From: Peptococcaceae bacterium
GTDB lineage: Bacteria; Bacillota; Peptococcia; DRI-13; PHAD01
Reading direction: 5' to 3'
NCBI GenBank assembly: GCA_024655825.1
Contig: JANLFJ010000005.1
Coordinates: forward strand, 28,541-92,540
DNA: 64,000 nt
The notes below the pieces were generated by a model. That model did not search any database. It was given only the letters and a program-made list of their open reading frames with translations, and was not told the DNA's origin. Positions 1-7,550 of the stretch are shown in pieces; position 1 is the first letter of the stretch; the number at the start of each line of letters is the position of its first letter. The position numbers and the translations under genes were made by a program.

Positions 1-237
1 CTCGATAAAGCCATCCTGGCAGATGTCGAGGAGATTGTGGCGCCAACCCCCGAATCTCTGGTTTTGAAGACGCGTCACGGTGTGGAGGTGCGTTTTGGAA
101 GACCGGAAGAACTGGAAAGGAAGGTCATGTTAATTGGCGAACTCCTGGTGAAAAACGGCGAGCTGATTAATGACCAGACTGTTGAATACATAGACTTGCG
201 TTATAATACAGCTCCCGTAATCAAACGAAAAAACTGA
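1..237 (+). CDS. divIB: Cell division protein FtsQ/DivIB, C-terminal fragment (5' end outside window)
   Basis: Frame is open from base 1; C-terminal EYIDLRY motif typical of FtsQ/DivIB; lies directly upstream of ftsZ. Confidence 0.75.
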   Translation, partial: LDKAILADVEEIVAPTPESLVLKTRHGVEVRFGRPEELERKVMLIGELLVKNGELINDQTVEYIDLRYNTAPVIKRKN

Positions 238-254
238 AATAAGTCAGGCTAAAA

Positions 255-284
255 AAAGGGAAAAGCCACCTGATTGTGGAATAT
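255..284 (+). promoter_or_regulatory. Putative SigH promoter of ftsZ
   Basis: AGGGAAA-N12-GTGGAATAT versus SigH consensus AGGAWWW-N11/12-RNNGAATWW (1 mismatch); ftsAZ has a SigH promoter in B. subtilis. Confidence 0.55.
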
Positions 285-355
285 GCAATTATAGGAGAAG
301 AAATGCGAAACGCAGGCTTACCAGGAATGTAAAGAGGAGAAGGGAGAAGTTTTTG

Positions 356-1399
356 ATGCTTGAATTTGAAACAGATATTCACCGTACTGCCATGATAAAA
401 GTCATAGGAGTTGGCGGGGGAGGCAGCAATGCCGTCAACAGGATGATTGAAAGCGGTTTAAAAGGTGTCGATTTTATCGCGGTCAACACAGATGTTCAGG
501 CTCTTTACCTTTCCAAGGCCGAACATAAGATCCAGATCGGCGCCAAGCTTACAAGAGGGCTGGGGGCGGGAGCCAATCCTGAGGTAGGTCTGAAAGCGGC
601 GGAAGAAAGCCGTGACGAGCTTGCCGGCATCCTGAAAGGCGCGGACATGGTTTTCATTACTGCCGGGATGGGCGGTGGAACGGGTACGGGGGCTACTCCC
701 GTTATCGCCGGGATTGCCAAGGAAATTGGAGCGCTTACGGTCGGCGTTGTCACCAAACCGTTCCCGTTTGAGGGGAGAAAGAGGATGTCCCAGGCGGAAT
801 CAGGCATAGGAAGCCTTAAGGAGAAAGTGGACACCTTGATTATGATCCCCAATGAAAAACTTCTCCAGGTTGTGGATAAAAACACCTCTATTAACGAGGC
901 TTTTCGCATTGCCGATGACGTTCTTCGCCAGGGAGTACAGGGTATTTCTGATTTGATTGCTGTTCCAGGATTAATAAACCTTGACTTTGCCGATGTGAAA
1001 ACGATTATGCTTGATACAGGTTCCGCCCTCATGGGTATCGGATCGGCTTCCGGGGAAAACCGGGCTTCTGTTGCCGCCAGGTCCGCCATTTCCAGTCCCC
1101 TTCTGGAAACATCTATCGAAGGGGCCAAGGGGGTTCTTTTCAATATCACCGGAGGTTCCAACCTGGGGCTTTTTGAGGTGAACGAAGCGGCGGAGATTAT
1201 TGCGCAGGCGGCAGATCCCGATGCCAACATCATTTTTGGCGCGGTGATCGATGACAACATGGGCGATGAGGTGAGGGTTACCGTAATAGCTACCGGCTTT
1301 GAGCGCAGCGCTCGAAAAGAGAACCTGATTGAACTGGATATTAAACCGTTTAAAGCGGATGACCTGTACATACCGCCATTCTTGCGGACGAAAAAATAA
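356..1399 (+). CDS. ftsZ: Cell division protein FtsZ
   Basis: [10 protein letters not shown] and GMGGGTGTG tubulin signature, NLDFADV T7 loop, C-terminal IPPFLR; ATG 356 (track start TTG 353). Confidence 0.99.
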   Translation: MLEFETDIHRTAMIKVIGVGGGGSNAVNRMIESGLKGVDFIAVNTDVQALYLSKAEHKIQIGAKLTRGLGAGANPEVGLKAAEESRDELAGILKGADMVFITAGMGGGTGTGATPVIAGIAKEIGALTVGVVTKPFPFEGRKRMSQAESGIGSLKEKVDTLIMIPNEKLLQVVDKNTSINEAFRIADDVLRQGVQGISDLIAVPGLINLDFADVKTIMLDTGSALMGIGSASGENRASVAARSAISSPLLETSIEGAKGVLFNITGGSNLGLFEVNEAAEIIAQAADPDANIIFGAVIDDNMGDEVRVTVIATGFERSARKENLIELDIKPFKADDLYIPPFLRTKK

Positions 1400-1420
1400 A
1401 CCTTTATAGAAAAACTTGTT

Positions 1421-1443
1421 CCCCGCCTCCGGCGGGGTTTTTT
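1421..1443 (+). terminator. Intrinsic terminator after ftsZ
   Basis: CCCCGCC-TCC-GGCGGGG followed by T6. Confidence 0.85.
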
Positions 1444-1496
1444 GCGCGCCGCGTGCATGGGTATCATTTCAAAAAATGCAGTATTACGCCTTGTCC

Positions 1497-1540
1497 TGTC
1501 GCATAATCCGACAAATATATGGAAAGCCCTGGTGTATAAT
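1497..1540 (+). promoter_or_regulatory. spoIIG-type promoter with two Spo0A boxes
   Basis: TGTCGCA at 1497-1503 and TCCGACA (reverse TGTCGGA) at 1507-1513, each one mismatch from TGNCGAA; TATAAT at 1535-1540; arrangement like B. subtilis PspoIIG. Confidence 0.6.
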
Positions 1541-1566
1541 GAAAAAAGAATTTAACCTGGCCCGGG

Positions 1567-2508
1567 GTGATTGATTTGCAGGCGGGAGGAGAAGTGGTTG
1601 AAGTTTATGCAGATGTCGTGGTCCTGGTTAATTTCGTTATGGACTTTTTTATTCTGTGGATAGCCGGGCGGCTTGCCAGCTTGAGAATAAGTCCATTCCG
1701 TCTCGTTTTGGGGGCATTGACTGGTGCTGTTTATTCACTGGTGGTCCTTATCCCGGAAAACGCGGCTGCTGCTTCTTTTGCCGCCAAAATCGCCTGCTCG
1801 GTGGTTATGGTCCTGCTTGCCTACGCTCCCGTTTCTCCAGCGAAATTTTTACGGTCCATTTTTTTCATGTACGCGCTTTCTTTCATCATGGGGGGATCAG
1901 TCATCGGGACAATTTATCTGACAGAGAGGAAACCAGGCTGTCTCCAAGCCTGGAACGGAGCGGCGGTGCTGGCGAATTCGTTCAATTACTACTGGCTGCT
2001 GGTGGGGCTGGGAATGGCGGTTTTGACTGGATACGCAAGCCTGTTTTTTCTCCGCCGCAATTGGCTGCGGCAGAATCTCGTGAACGGTCTGGTAATCTGC
2101 ATTGGCGACAGGAAAACAGATGTTGACGCACTTTTGGATACGGGAAACCAGCTGCTGGACCCGCTGACGGGAAAACCGGTAATCATCGTTGAGGCCGAAG
2201 CGTTGAAAGGGATGCTGCCCCAGGAACTGCTGGAAGCGGCAGGAAGCGAGGACGAGGTAAAACTGGCTGGCCTTTATGAGCGGCTTGAGCAGGGATGGGC
2301 AGCCAGGTTACGAATGATACCGTTTAATTCCGTGGGCAGGGAACGCGGGTTGCTGGTCGGGCTGCGCCCTGACTACATTGAAATAAAGTGCGGGAACAGG
2401 GTTAGCATATGCCGGGAGGTAGTAATCGGTCTTGTGGGCAACTGCCTTACGCGAGAAGGAAAGTATCGTGCTCTTCTTCATCCGTTTCTTTTAGAGAAAT
2501 ATGTATAG
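1567..2508 (+). CDS. spoIIGA: Sporulation sigma-E processing peptidase SpoIIGA
   Basis: N-terminal YADVVVLVNFVMDFFIL, multiple TM helices, catalytic LLDTGN motif, directly upstream of sigE; alternative start GTG 1594. Confidence 0.95.
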   Translation: MIDLQAGGEVVEVYADVVVLVNFVMDFFILWIAGRLASLRISPFRLVLGALTGAVYSLVVLIPENAAAASFAAKIACSVVMVLLAYAPVSPAKFLRSIFFMYALSFIMGGSVIGTIYLTERKPGCLQAWNGAAVLANSFNYYWLLVGLGMAVLTGYASLFFLRRNWLRQNLVNGLVICIGDRKTDVDALLDTGNQLLDPLTGKPVIIVEAEALKGMLPQELLEAAGSEDEVKLAGLYERLEQGWAARLRMIPFNSVGRERGLLVGLRPDYIEIKCGNRVSICREVVIGLVGNCLTREGKYRALLHPFLLEKYV

Positions 2509-2520
2509 AGGAGGAAGCAC

Positions 2521-3255
2521 ATGCAGTTCCAGGAAAAACTGACCAACGTTCAAATTAACTTAAAATATTTTGTTTTTGGTGTCTTAAAGCTGCTGGGCAT
2601 TGAACCGGAGGTTTTGTATGTCGGAAGCAGTGAAGCTTTGCCTCCGCCTTTGAGCATCGACGAAGAAAACTATCTTTTGGAGTGCCTGGAAAGAGGCGAA
2701 CAGGGCGTTAAAAGCACGCTGATTGAACGAAACTTGCGGCTTGTTGTATACATTGCTCGGAAGTTTGAAAACACGGGGGTAGGGATTGAGGACCTGGTTT
2801 CAATAGGTACTATAGGCCTCATCAAGGCGGTAAACACATTTGATCCGGCTAAAAAGATCAAGCTGGCCACTTACGCTTCAAGGTGTATCGAAAACGAAAT
2901 ATTGATGCACTTGAGACGCAACAGCAAAATAAGGACCGAGGTTTCTTTTGACGAACCACTGAACATTGACCTGGATGGAAATGAGCTTTTGCTTTCCGAT
3001 GTTATGGGCACCGATAACGACATTATTTACAAATCGCTGGAAGAAGAAGTGGACAAAAAGCTGCTGGTTTATGCCATGAAAAAGCTGTCTCACCGGGAAA
3101 GGAGGATTATGGACCTTCGCTTCGGGTTAAAAGACGGTAATGAAAAAACGCAAAAAGAAGTCGCCGATATGCTGGGCATTTCGCAGTCTTATATCTCCAG
3201 GCTGGAAAAGCGCATCATAAAAAGGCTGCGGAAAGAAATACAGCGCATGGAATAA
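2521..3255 (+). CDS. sigE: RNA polymerase sporulation sigma factor SigE (pro-form)
   Basis: Pro-sequence, [63 protein letters not shown]. Confidence 0.98.
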   Translation: MQFQEKLTNVQINLKYFVFGVLKLLGIEPEVLYVGSSEALPPPLSIDEENYLLECLERGEQGVKSTLIERNLRLVVYIARKFENTGVGIEDLVSIGTIGLIKAVNTFDPAKKIKLATYASRCIENEILMHLRRNSKIRTEVSFDEPLNIDLDGNELLLSDVMGTDNDIIYKSLEEEVDKKLLVYAMKKLSHRERRIMDLRFGLKDGNEKTQKEVADMLGISQSYISRLEKRIIKRLRKEIQRME

Positions 3256-3281
3256 AATATGCATAATTATACACAAAATGG

Positions 3282-3310
3282 TTGTATTATAATGAAGTCT
3301 TTGATATGAT
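3282..3310 (+). promoter_or_regulatory. SigA promoter of the GNAT gene
   Basis: TTGTAT-N17-TATGAT with extended TGn. Confidence 0.6.
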
Positions 3311-3329
3311 AGGGTAAGACGCAAGAGAG

Positions 3330-3800
3330 GTGAGAGGAATGTTCATTCGCAAGGCCAGGCTGACAGATGTTGAAGCAATGCACCAGCTTGTGAATAATTA
3401 TGCAGAAAAAGGGTTGATGCTTTCACGTTCACGCAGCATGCTCTATGAGTATATCAGGGACTTTGCCGTTGCCGAGGTGGACGGGGAAGTTGTTGGTACC
3501 GGCGCGCTCCACATCATGTGGGTTGATCTTGCCGAAATAAGAGCGGTAGCTATAAAAGAAGGGTTTACTGGACAGAAGATAGGCAAACAATTGATCGAAT
3601 TCTTTCTGCAGGAAGCCAGGGAACTGGGAATACCCAGGGTCTTCACGCTCACTTACCAGCCGGGGTTTTTTAAAAAATCCGGTTTTACTGTCGTTTCCAA
3701 GGAATCTATGCCCCAAAAAGTCTGGCGAGAATGCATAAACTGTCCCAAGTTCCCTAATTGCGATGAAGTATGTATGGAATTTGTTCTCAGGCAATGCTAG
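3330..3800 (+). CDS. GNAT N-acetyltransferase, ArgA-like short family
   Basis: IRKARLTDV start, LAEIRAVA, motif A GQKIGKQL, VFTLTY, C-terminal PQKVWRECINCPKFPNCDE typical of short amino-acid N-acetyltransferases. Confidence 0.8.
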   Translation: MRGMFIRKARLTDVEAMHQLVNNYAEKGLMLSRSRSMLYEYIRDFAVAEVDGEVVGTGALHIMWVDLAEIRAVAIKEGFTGQKIGKQLIEFFLQEARELGIPRVFTLTYQPGFFKKSGFTVVSKESMPQKVWRECINCPKFPNCDEVCMEFVLRQC

Positions 3801-3855
3801 TAAAAGGCGGTCCCCCAAAAAAGCCGCGTGTTTAACAACGATATTGCTGTTAACA

Positions 3856-3890
3856 GAAAAAAGCCGAACAAAAACGGCTTTTTCTTTTTT
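3856..3890 (+). terminator. Intrinsic terminator between GNAT and sigG
   Basis: AAAAAGCCG-loop-CGGCTTTTT followed by CTTTTTT. Confidence 0.8.
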
Positions 3891-3917
3891 GTCTCCATCT
3901 TGCGCCCTTTTTAAACG

Positions 3918-3947
3918 GTATATTTGATTTTTTTCAAGGTAATAATG
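3918..3947 (+). promoter_or_regulatory. SigF/SigG promoter of sigG
   Basis: GTATA-N15-GGTAATAATG matches SigF consensus GYWTA-N15-GGnnAnAnT. Confidence 0.75.
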
Positions 3948-3987
3948 AAGTTAGATTGTACCTAACCGTTTCCTGGGGGTAGGGAAG

Positions 3988-4761
3988 ATGATCGTAAACA
4001 AAGTGGAGATTTGCGGTGTCAATACTTCTAAGCTGCCGGTCCTCAAGAATTCGGTGATGAGAGAGCTCTTTTTAAAAATGCGAGACGGGGATGCCACAGC
4101 AAGGGAAAAGCTTATAAACGGCAATCTCCGTCTTGTCTTAAGCGTGATCCAGCGTTTTACAAACCGGGGTGAGTACGTGGATGACCTTTTCCAGGTGGGC
4201 TGCATCGGTTTGATAAAAGCCATCGATAATTTTGACCTGGAACAGAACGTAAAGTTTTCTACTTATGCCGTTCCCATGATCATCGGCGAAATCAGGAGAT
4301 ACCTGCGCGATAATAATCCAATCAGGGTCAGCCGGTCGCTGAGGGATATTGCTTACAAGGCGCTGCAGGTGCGGGACAACCTGGTTAACAAAAACTCGCG
4401 GGAGCCGTCCATTAATGAAATAGCCGTGGAATTAAACATTCCCAGGGAAGAGATCGTGTTTGCGCTTGACGCGATTCAGGAACCGATTTCCCTTTTTGAG
4501 CCCATTTACCATGACGGGGGTGATCCCATTTTTGTCATGGACCAGATCGGGGACGAAAAAAATGCAGATGCAAGCTGGCTGGAGACAATATCCGTGAAGG
4601 AGGCTTTGCAGAAACTGAGCGAAAGGGAAAGGCACATTCTCACCCTGAGATTTTTTGAAGGTAAAACGCAGATGGAGGTCGCGGAGGAGATAGGAATTTC
4701 CCAGGCCCAGGTTTCGCGGCTGGAAAAAGCCGCCTTGACACACATGAGAAAATACATCTAA
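3988..4761 (+). CDS. sigG: RNA polymerase sporulation sigma factor SigG
   Basis: NKVEICGVNTSKLPVL N-terminus, DDLFQVGCIGLIKAIDNFD, KFSTYAVPMIIGEIRRYLRDNN. Confidence 0.98.
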   Translation: MIVNKVEICGVNTSKLPVLKNSVMRELFLKMRDGDATAREKLINGNLRLVLSVIQRFTNRGEYVDDLFQVGCIGLIKAIDNFDLEQNVKFSTYAVPMIIGEIRRYLRDNNPIRVSRSLRDIAYKALQVRDNLVNKNSREPSINEIAVELNIPREEIVFALDAIQEPISLFEPIYHDGGDPIFVMDQIGDEKNADASWLETISVKEALQKLSERERHILTLRFFEGKTQMEVAEEIGISQAQVSRLEKAALTHMRKYI

Positions 4762-4837
4762 AAAAAGAAAGTTGTGTTAAACTTAGATTGATGAAACGTT
4801 GGAATTTTCAAGTCATTAAAGCTATTGGGGGGAAGAG

Positions 4838-5590
4838 ATGATGGGAAGTGTTTCCATCCAGTTTTTAGGGAGCGGGGACGCCTTTGGAAGCGGCGGCAGG
4901 ATGCAGCCGTGCATACTGGTAAGGTCAGCCGCGTCTGTTTTTTTGTTGGACTGCGGCACATCGTGTCTTATTTCCATGAGGAAATATGCCGCCGATCCCA
5001 ACGAGGTGCAGGTGATTATTCTATCTCACCTGCACGGCGATCATTTTGGCGGGGTTCCTTTCTTCATTATCGATGCACAGCTGGTGAGCAAGAGGAAAAA
5101 GCCTCTTAGCATCGTGGGCCCGCCCGGGGCGAAGGAAAGAATAAGCGAAGCCATGGAGGTTCTGTTTCCCGGGTCGTCGAAGATTGAGCAGTCGTTTGCA
5201 TTAGAAGTGCTGGAGCTGGCACCGGGGCAGGCAGTGGAATTCAGCGATCTAAAAATGAAAATCGAAGCGGAACAAGGTGTGCACCCCTGCGGCTCTCTCC
5301 CTTTGATCCTGCGTTTGCAGGTTGGGGACAAAGTTATTGCCTACAGCGGAGATACGGAATGGACGGAGGGGCTTGTTAAGGCTGCCAGGGGAGCGGATCT
5401 TTTTATTTCCGAAGCTTACTTCTATGATAAAAATGTCAAAAATCACCTAAATTACCGGACGCTGCTGGAAAAAGAAAAAGAACTCGACGCAAAAAGAACG
5501 GTTGTCACGCACATGAGCCCGGAGATGCTGGGCAGGCTGGATTCGCTCGTTTATGAATACTCTGATGACGGGAAGGTGTTTGAACTATAG
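4838..5590 (+). CDS. MBL-fold metallo-hydrolase (RNase Z-like)
   Basis: LGSGDAF, LLDCG, SHLHGDH, YSGDT and THMS motifs. Confidence 0.85.
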   Translation: MMGSVSIQFLGSGDAFGSGGRMQPCILVRSAASVFLLDCGTSCLISMRKYAADPNEVQVIILSHLHGDHFGGVPFFIIDAQLVSKRKKPLSIVGPPGAKERISEAMEVLFPGSSKIEQSFALEVLELAPGQAVEFSDLKMKIEAEQGVHPCGSLPLILRLQVGDKVIAYSGDTEWTEGLVKAARGADLFISEAYFYDKNVKNHLNYRTLLEKEKELDAKRTVVTHMSPEMLGRLDSLVYEYSDDGKVFEL

Positions 5591-5667
5591 ACTGCCGGCC
5601 CAAAAATGAATTGAGTAATTATTGCTTGCGCCCTCACATATAAATGTAATGTTAAGACAAGGAGAGG

Positions 5668-5946
5668 GTGTCGGGCTTGATCATCAAAATTTCAGATTTA
5701 CGCGACAGGGAAATCATTAATGTTAATGATGGAAGAAGACTGGGGCCGATCAGGGATATCGTGCTGGATTTGGAAAACGGGAAGATCCAGGCGATTGTTC
5801 TGCCGGGAATATCCGGCGGGCGGATACTGGGGATTTTTGGACGCGGCGACGAGCTGGTGATCCCCTGGGAAAAAATTGTGAGGATTGGCGTGGACGTGGT
5901 CCTGGTGGAAGTGCCGGGACAGCATGTTGAACTGCCGAGGAAATAA
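5668..5946 (+). CDS. ylmC: YlmC/YmxH family sporulation PRC-barrel protein
   Basis: [20 protein letters not shown] and [16 protein letters not shown]; usual position after sigG; likely start TTG 5677. Confidence 0.92.
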   Translation: MSGLIIKISDLRDREIINVNDGRRLGPIRDIVLDLENGKIQAIVLPGISGGRILGIFGRGDELVIPWEKIVRIGVDVVLVEVPGQHVELPRK

Positions 5947-5954
5947 ACCGGAAC

Positions 5955-5982
5955 TTGACACAATCCGGTAAAATAATATATT
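5955..5982 (+). promoter_or_regulatory. Putative SigA promoter
   Basis: TTGACA-N16-TATATT upstream of the 6015 gene. Confidence 0.45.
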
Positions 5983-6014
5983 CTGTTAAAAAATGAACCA
6001 AGAGGAGTATTCTT

Positions 6015-6848
6015 ATGAGAATAAAGGCCACCGTCCTGGTTGACAACTATGCTTATGGGATCAACGGCGTTCTGGCTCAGCACGGGTGGGCCGTGTTCTT
6101 GGAAACGGAGAAGGGCAATTATCTATTTGACACGGGTGCGGGCAAGACAGTGATTAATAATGCCCATGTTTTGGGTGTTGATTTGTCATCCATCCAGGGT
6201 ATTATTCTTAGTCACCATCATCACGACCATACTGGAGGGTTATTGGAGGTCTTGGAGTACCTCAAACGCCCGATTGATGTGTATGCGCACCCGGACCTGT
6301 TTAAGGACAGTTATTCTACCCGGAATGAAAGGATAAGCCACAGCGGTGTGCCTTTTAGACAAGCCGTTTTGGAGTCAAAAGGAGCCAGATTCAACCTGAG
6401 CAGGGAGTTCCGGAGTATTGTTCCAGGTTTTTATCTGACGGGTGAAGTTCCGCGGCTTACTTCTTATGAAAAAGGAGAGTCAAATCAGGTAATCAAGGGA
6501 GAAAACGGGTTTGTGCAAGATCCGCTTCTTGATGACCTGTCGCTTATTATCCCAACGGACCAGGGCCTCTTCATTGTCTTAGGCTGCGCTCACGCGGGAA
6601 TAATTAATATTCTCAACTATGCCGTGAAAATGACGAACCAGGAAGTGATCCATACGGTCTTTGGCGGTACCCACCTGGGGCCGGCGGATGAGGAGCAGAG
6701 AGAGGAAAGCATTAAGGCCTTATTGGAAATGAATATTGCCCGGCTGGGAGTATCCCATTGTACCGGGATGAATACCGCGGTTAAGCTCGTCCAGGAATTC
6801 GGCCAGCGGTTTGTCTTTTGCGGTGTCGGGACTGTATTTGAAGTATAA
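6015..6848 (+). CDS. MBL-fold metallo-hydrolase (COG1237 / MJ0448-like)
   Basis: AQHGWAVFLE, LFDTG, SHHHHDHTGG, GCAHAG, GGTHL and SHCTG motifs. Confidence 0.85.
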   Translation: MRIKATVLVDNYAYGINGVLAQHGWAVFLETEKGNYLFDTGAGKTVINNAHVLGVDLSSIQGIILSHHHHDHTGGLLEVLEYLKRPIDVYAHPDLFKDSYSTRNERISHSGVPFRQAVLESKGARFNLSREFRSIVPGFYLTGEVPRLTSYEKGESNQVIKGENGFVQDPLLDDLSLIIPTDQGLFIVLGCAHAGIINILNYAVKMTNQEVIHTVFGGTHLGPADEEQREESIKALLEMNIARLGVSHCTGMNTAVKLVQEFGQRFVFCGVGTVFEV

Positions 6849-6897
6849 CCACGCACAACTCCCCAACAAATAATAAAAGTATTACCATTCAAAGAAT

Positions 6898-6931
6898 AAA
6901 AAGCTCGTTTCGACAAGGAACGGGCTTTTTT
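6898..6931 (+). terminator. Intrinsic terminator
   Basis: AAAAAGCTCGTT...AACGGGCTTTTTT. Confidence 0.75.
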
Positions 6932-6981
6932 GCCGGTCAGGAACGTATAAGAGCAGGATTATCCTCATTGGTTAAAGATGG

Positions 6982-7035
6982 TTGACATTGTCTATATATA
7001 GTTGGTAAAATATACTTGCACACTATATATAGGGA
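6982..7035 (+). promoter_or_regulatory. SigA promoter overlapped by tandem NrdR boxes
   Basis: TTGACA (6982)-N18-TAAAAT (7006) with TGn; palindromic cores CTATATATAG at 6992-7001 and 7023-7032, 31 bp apart, matching acaCWATATATWGtgt. Confidence 0.85.
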
Positions 7036-7082
7036 TGCAGGGATTGTTGATGTGCAGTTGCCTTTAAAGGTGGTGTTTTGCT

Positions 7083-7538
7083 GTGCGCTGCCCATACTGC
7101 GGATGGAGCGATTCCAGGGTTTTGGAAACGAGGCTGTCGGATGACGGTTATTCCGTACGCCGACGCCGGGAATGTCTAAACTGCCAGAGCAGGTTTACCA
7201 CTTATGAGAAAGTTGATGACCTGCCGCTTTTGGTGGTGAAAAAGGACGGTAGCAGGGAGCCGTTTGACCAGCATAAGATATTGAACGGGCTGTTAAAGGC
7301 CTGCGAAAAACGCCCGGTCTCCCTGGACAAGCTTGAAAACACAGCTGCGGAAATTGAGCGGGTTTTGAAAAACAAATCGCTTAAAAGGGAGGTCGCTTCC
7401 TCGGAGATCGGGGAGATGGTAATGGAACGGCTGAAAGAACTGGACGAGGTGGCCTATGTCCGTTTTGCCAGCGTCTACAGGGAGTTTAAGGATATCAACA
7501 CCTTTTTGGATGAAATTGAAAGACTGCTCAGAAACTGA
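7083..7538 (+). CDS. nrdR: Transcriptional repressor NrdR
   Basis: MRCPYC...[17 protein letters not shown] Zn ribbon, ATP cone, [13 protein letters not shown]. Confidence 0.98.
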   Translation: MRCPYCGWSDSRVLETRLSDDGYSVRRRRECLNCQSRFTTYEKVDDLPLLVVKKDGSREPFDQHKILNGLLKACEKRPVSLDKLENTAAEIERVLKNKSLKREVASSEIGEMVMERLKELDEVAYVRFASVYREFKDINTFLDEIERLLRN

Positions 7539-7550
7539 TTTAAGGAGGAC

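Noticed and set aside
505-1467. 320-aa minus-strand ORF
   Set aside because: Antisense shadow of highly conserved ftsZ; no motifs or RBS
3817-3884. Duplicated AAAAAAGCCG arms that could form alternative hairpins upstream of sigG
   Set aside because: Both pairings still end in the same U-tract and no aptamer is recognisable; treated as a plain terminator
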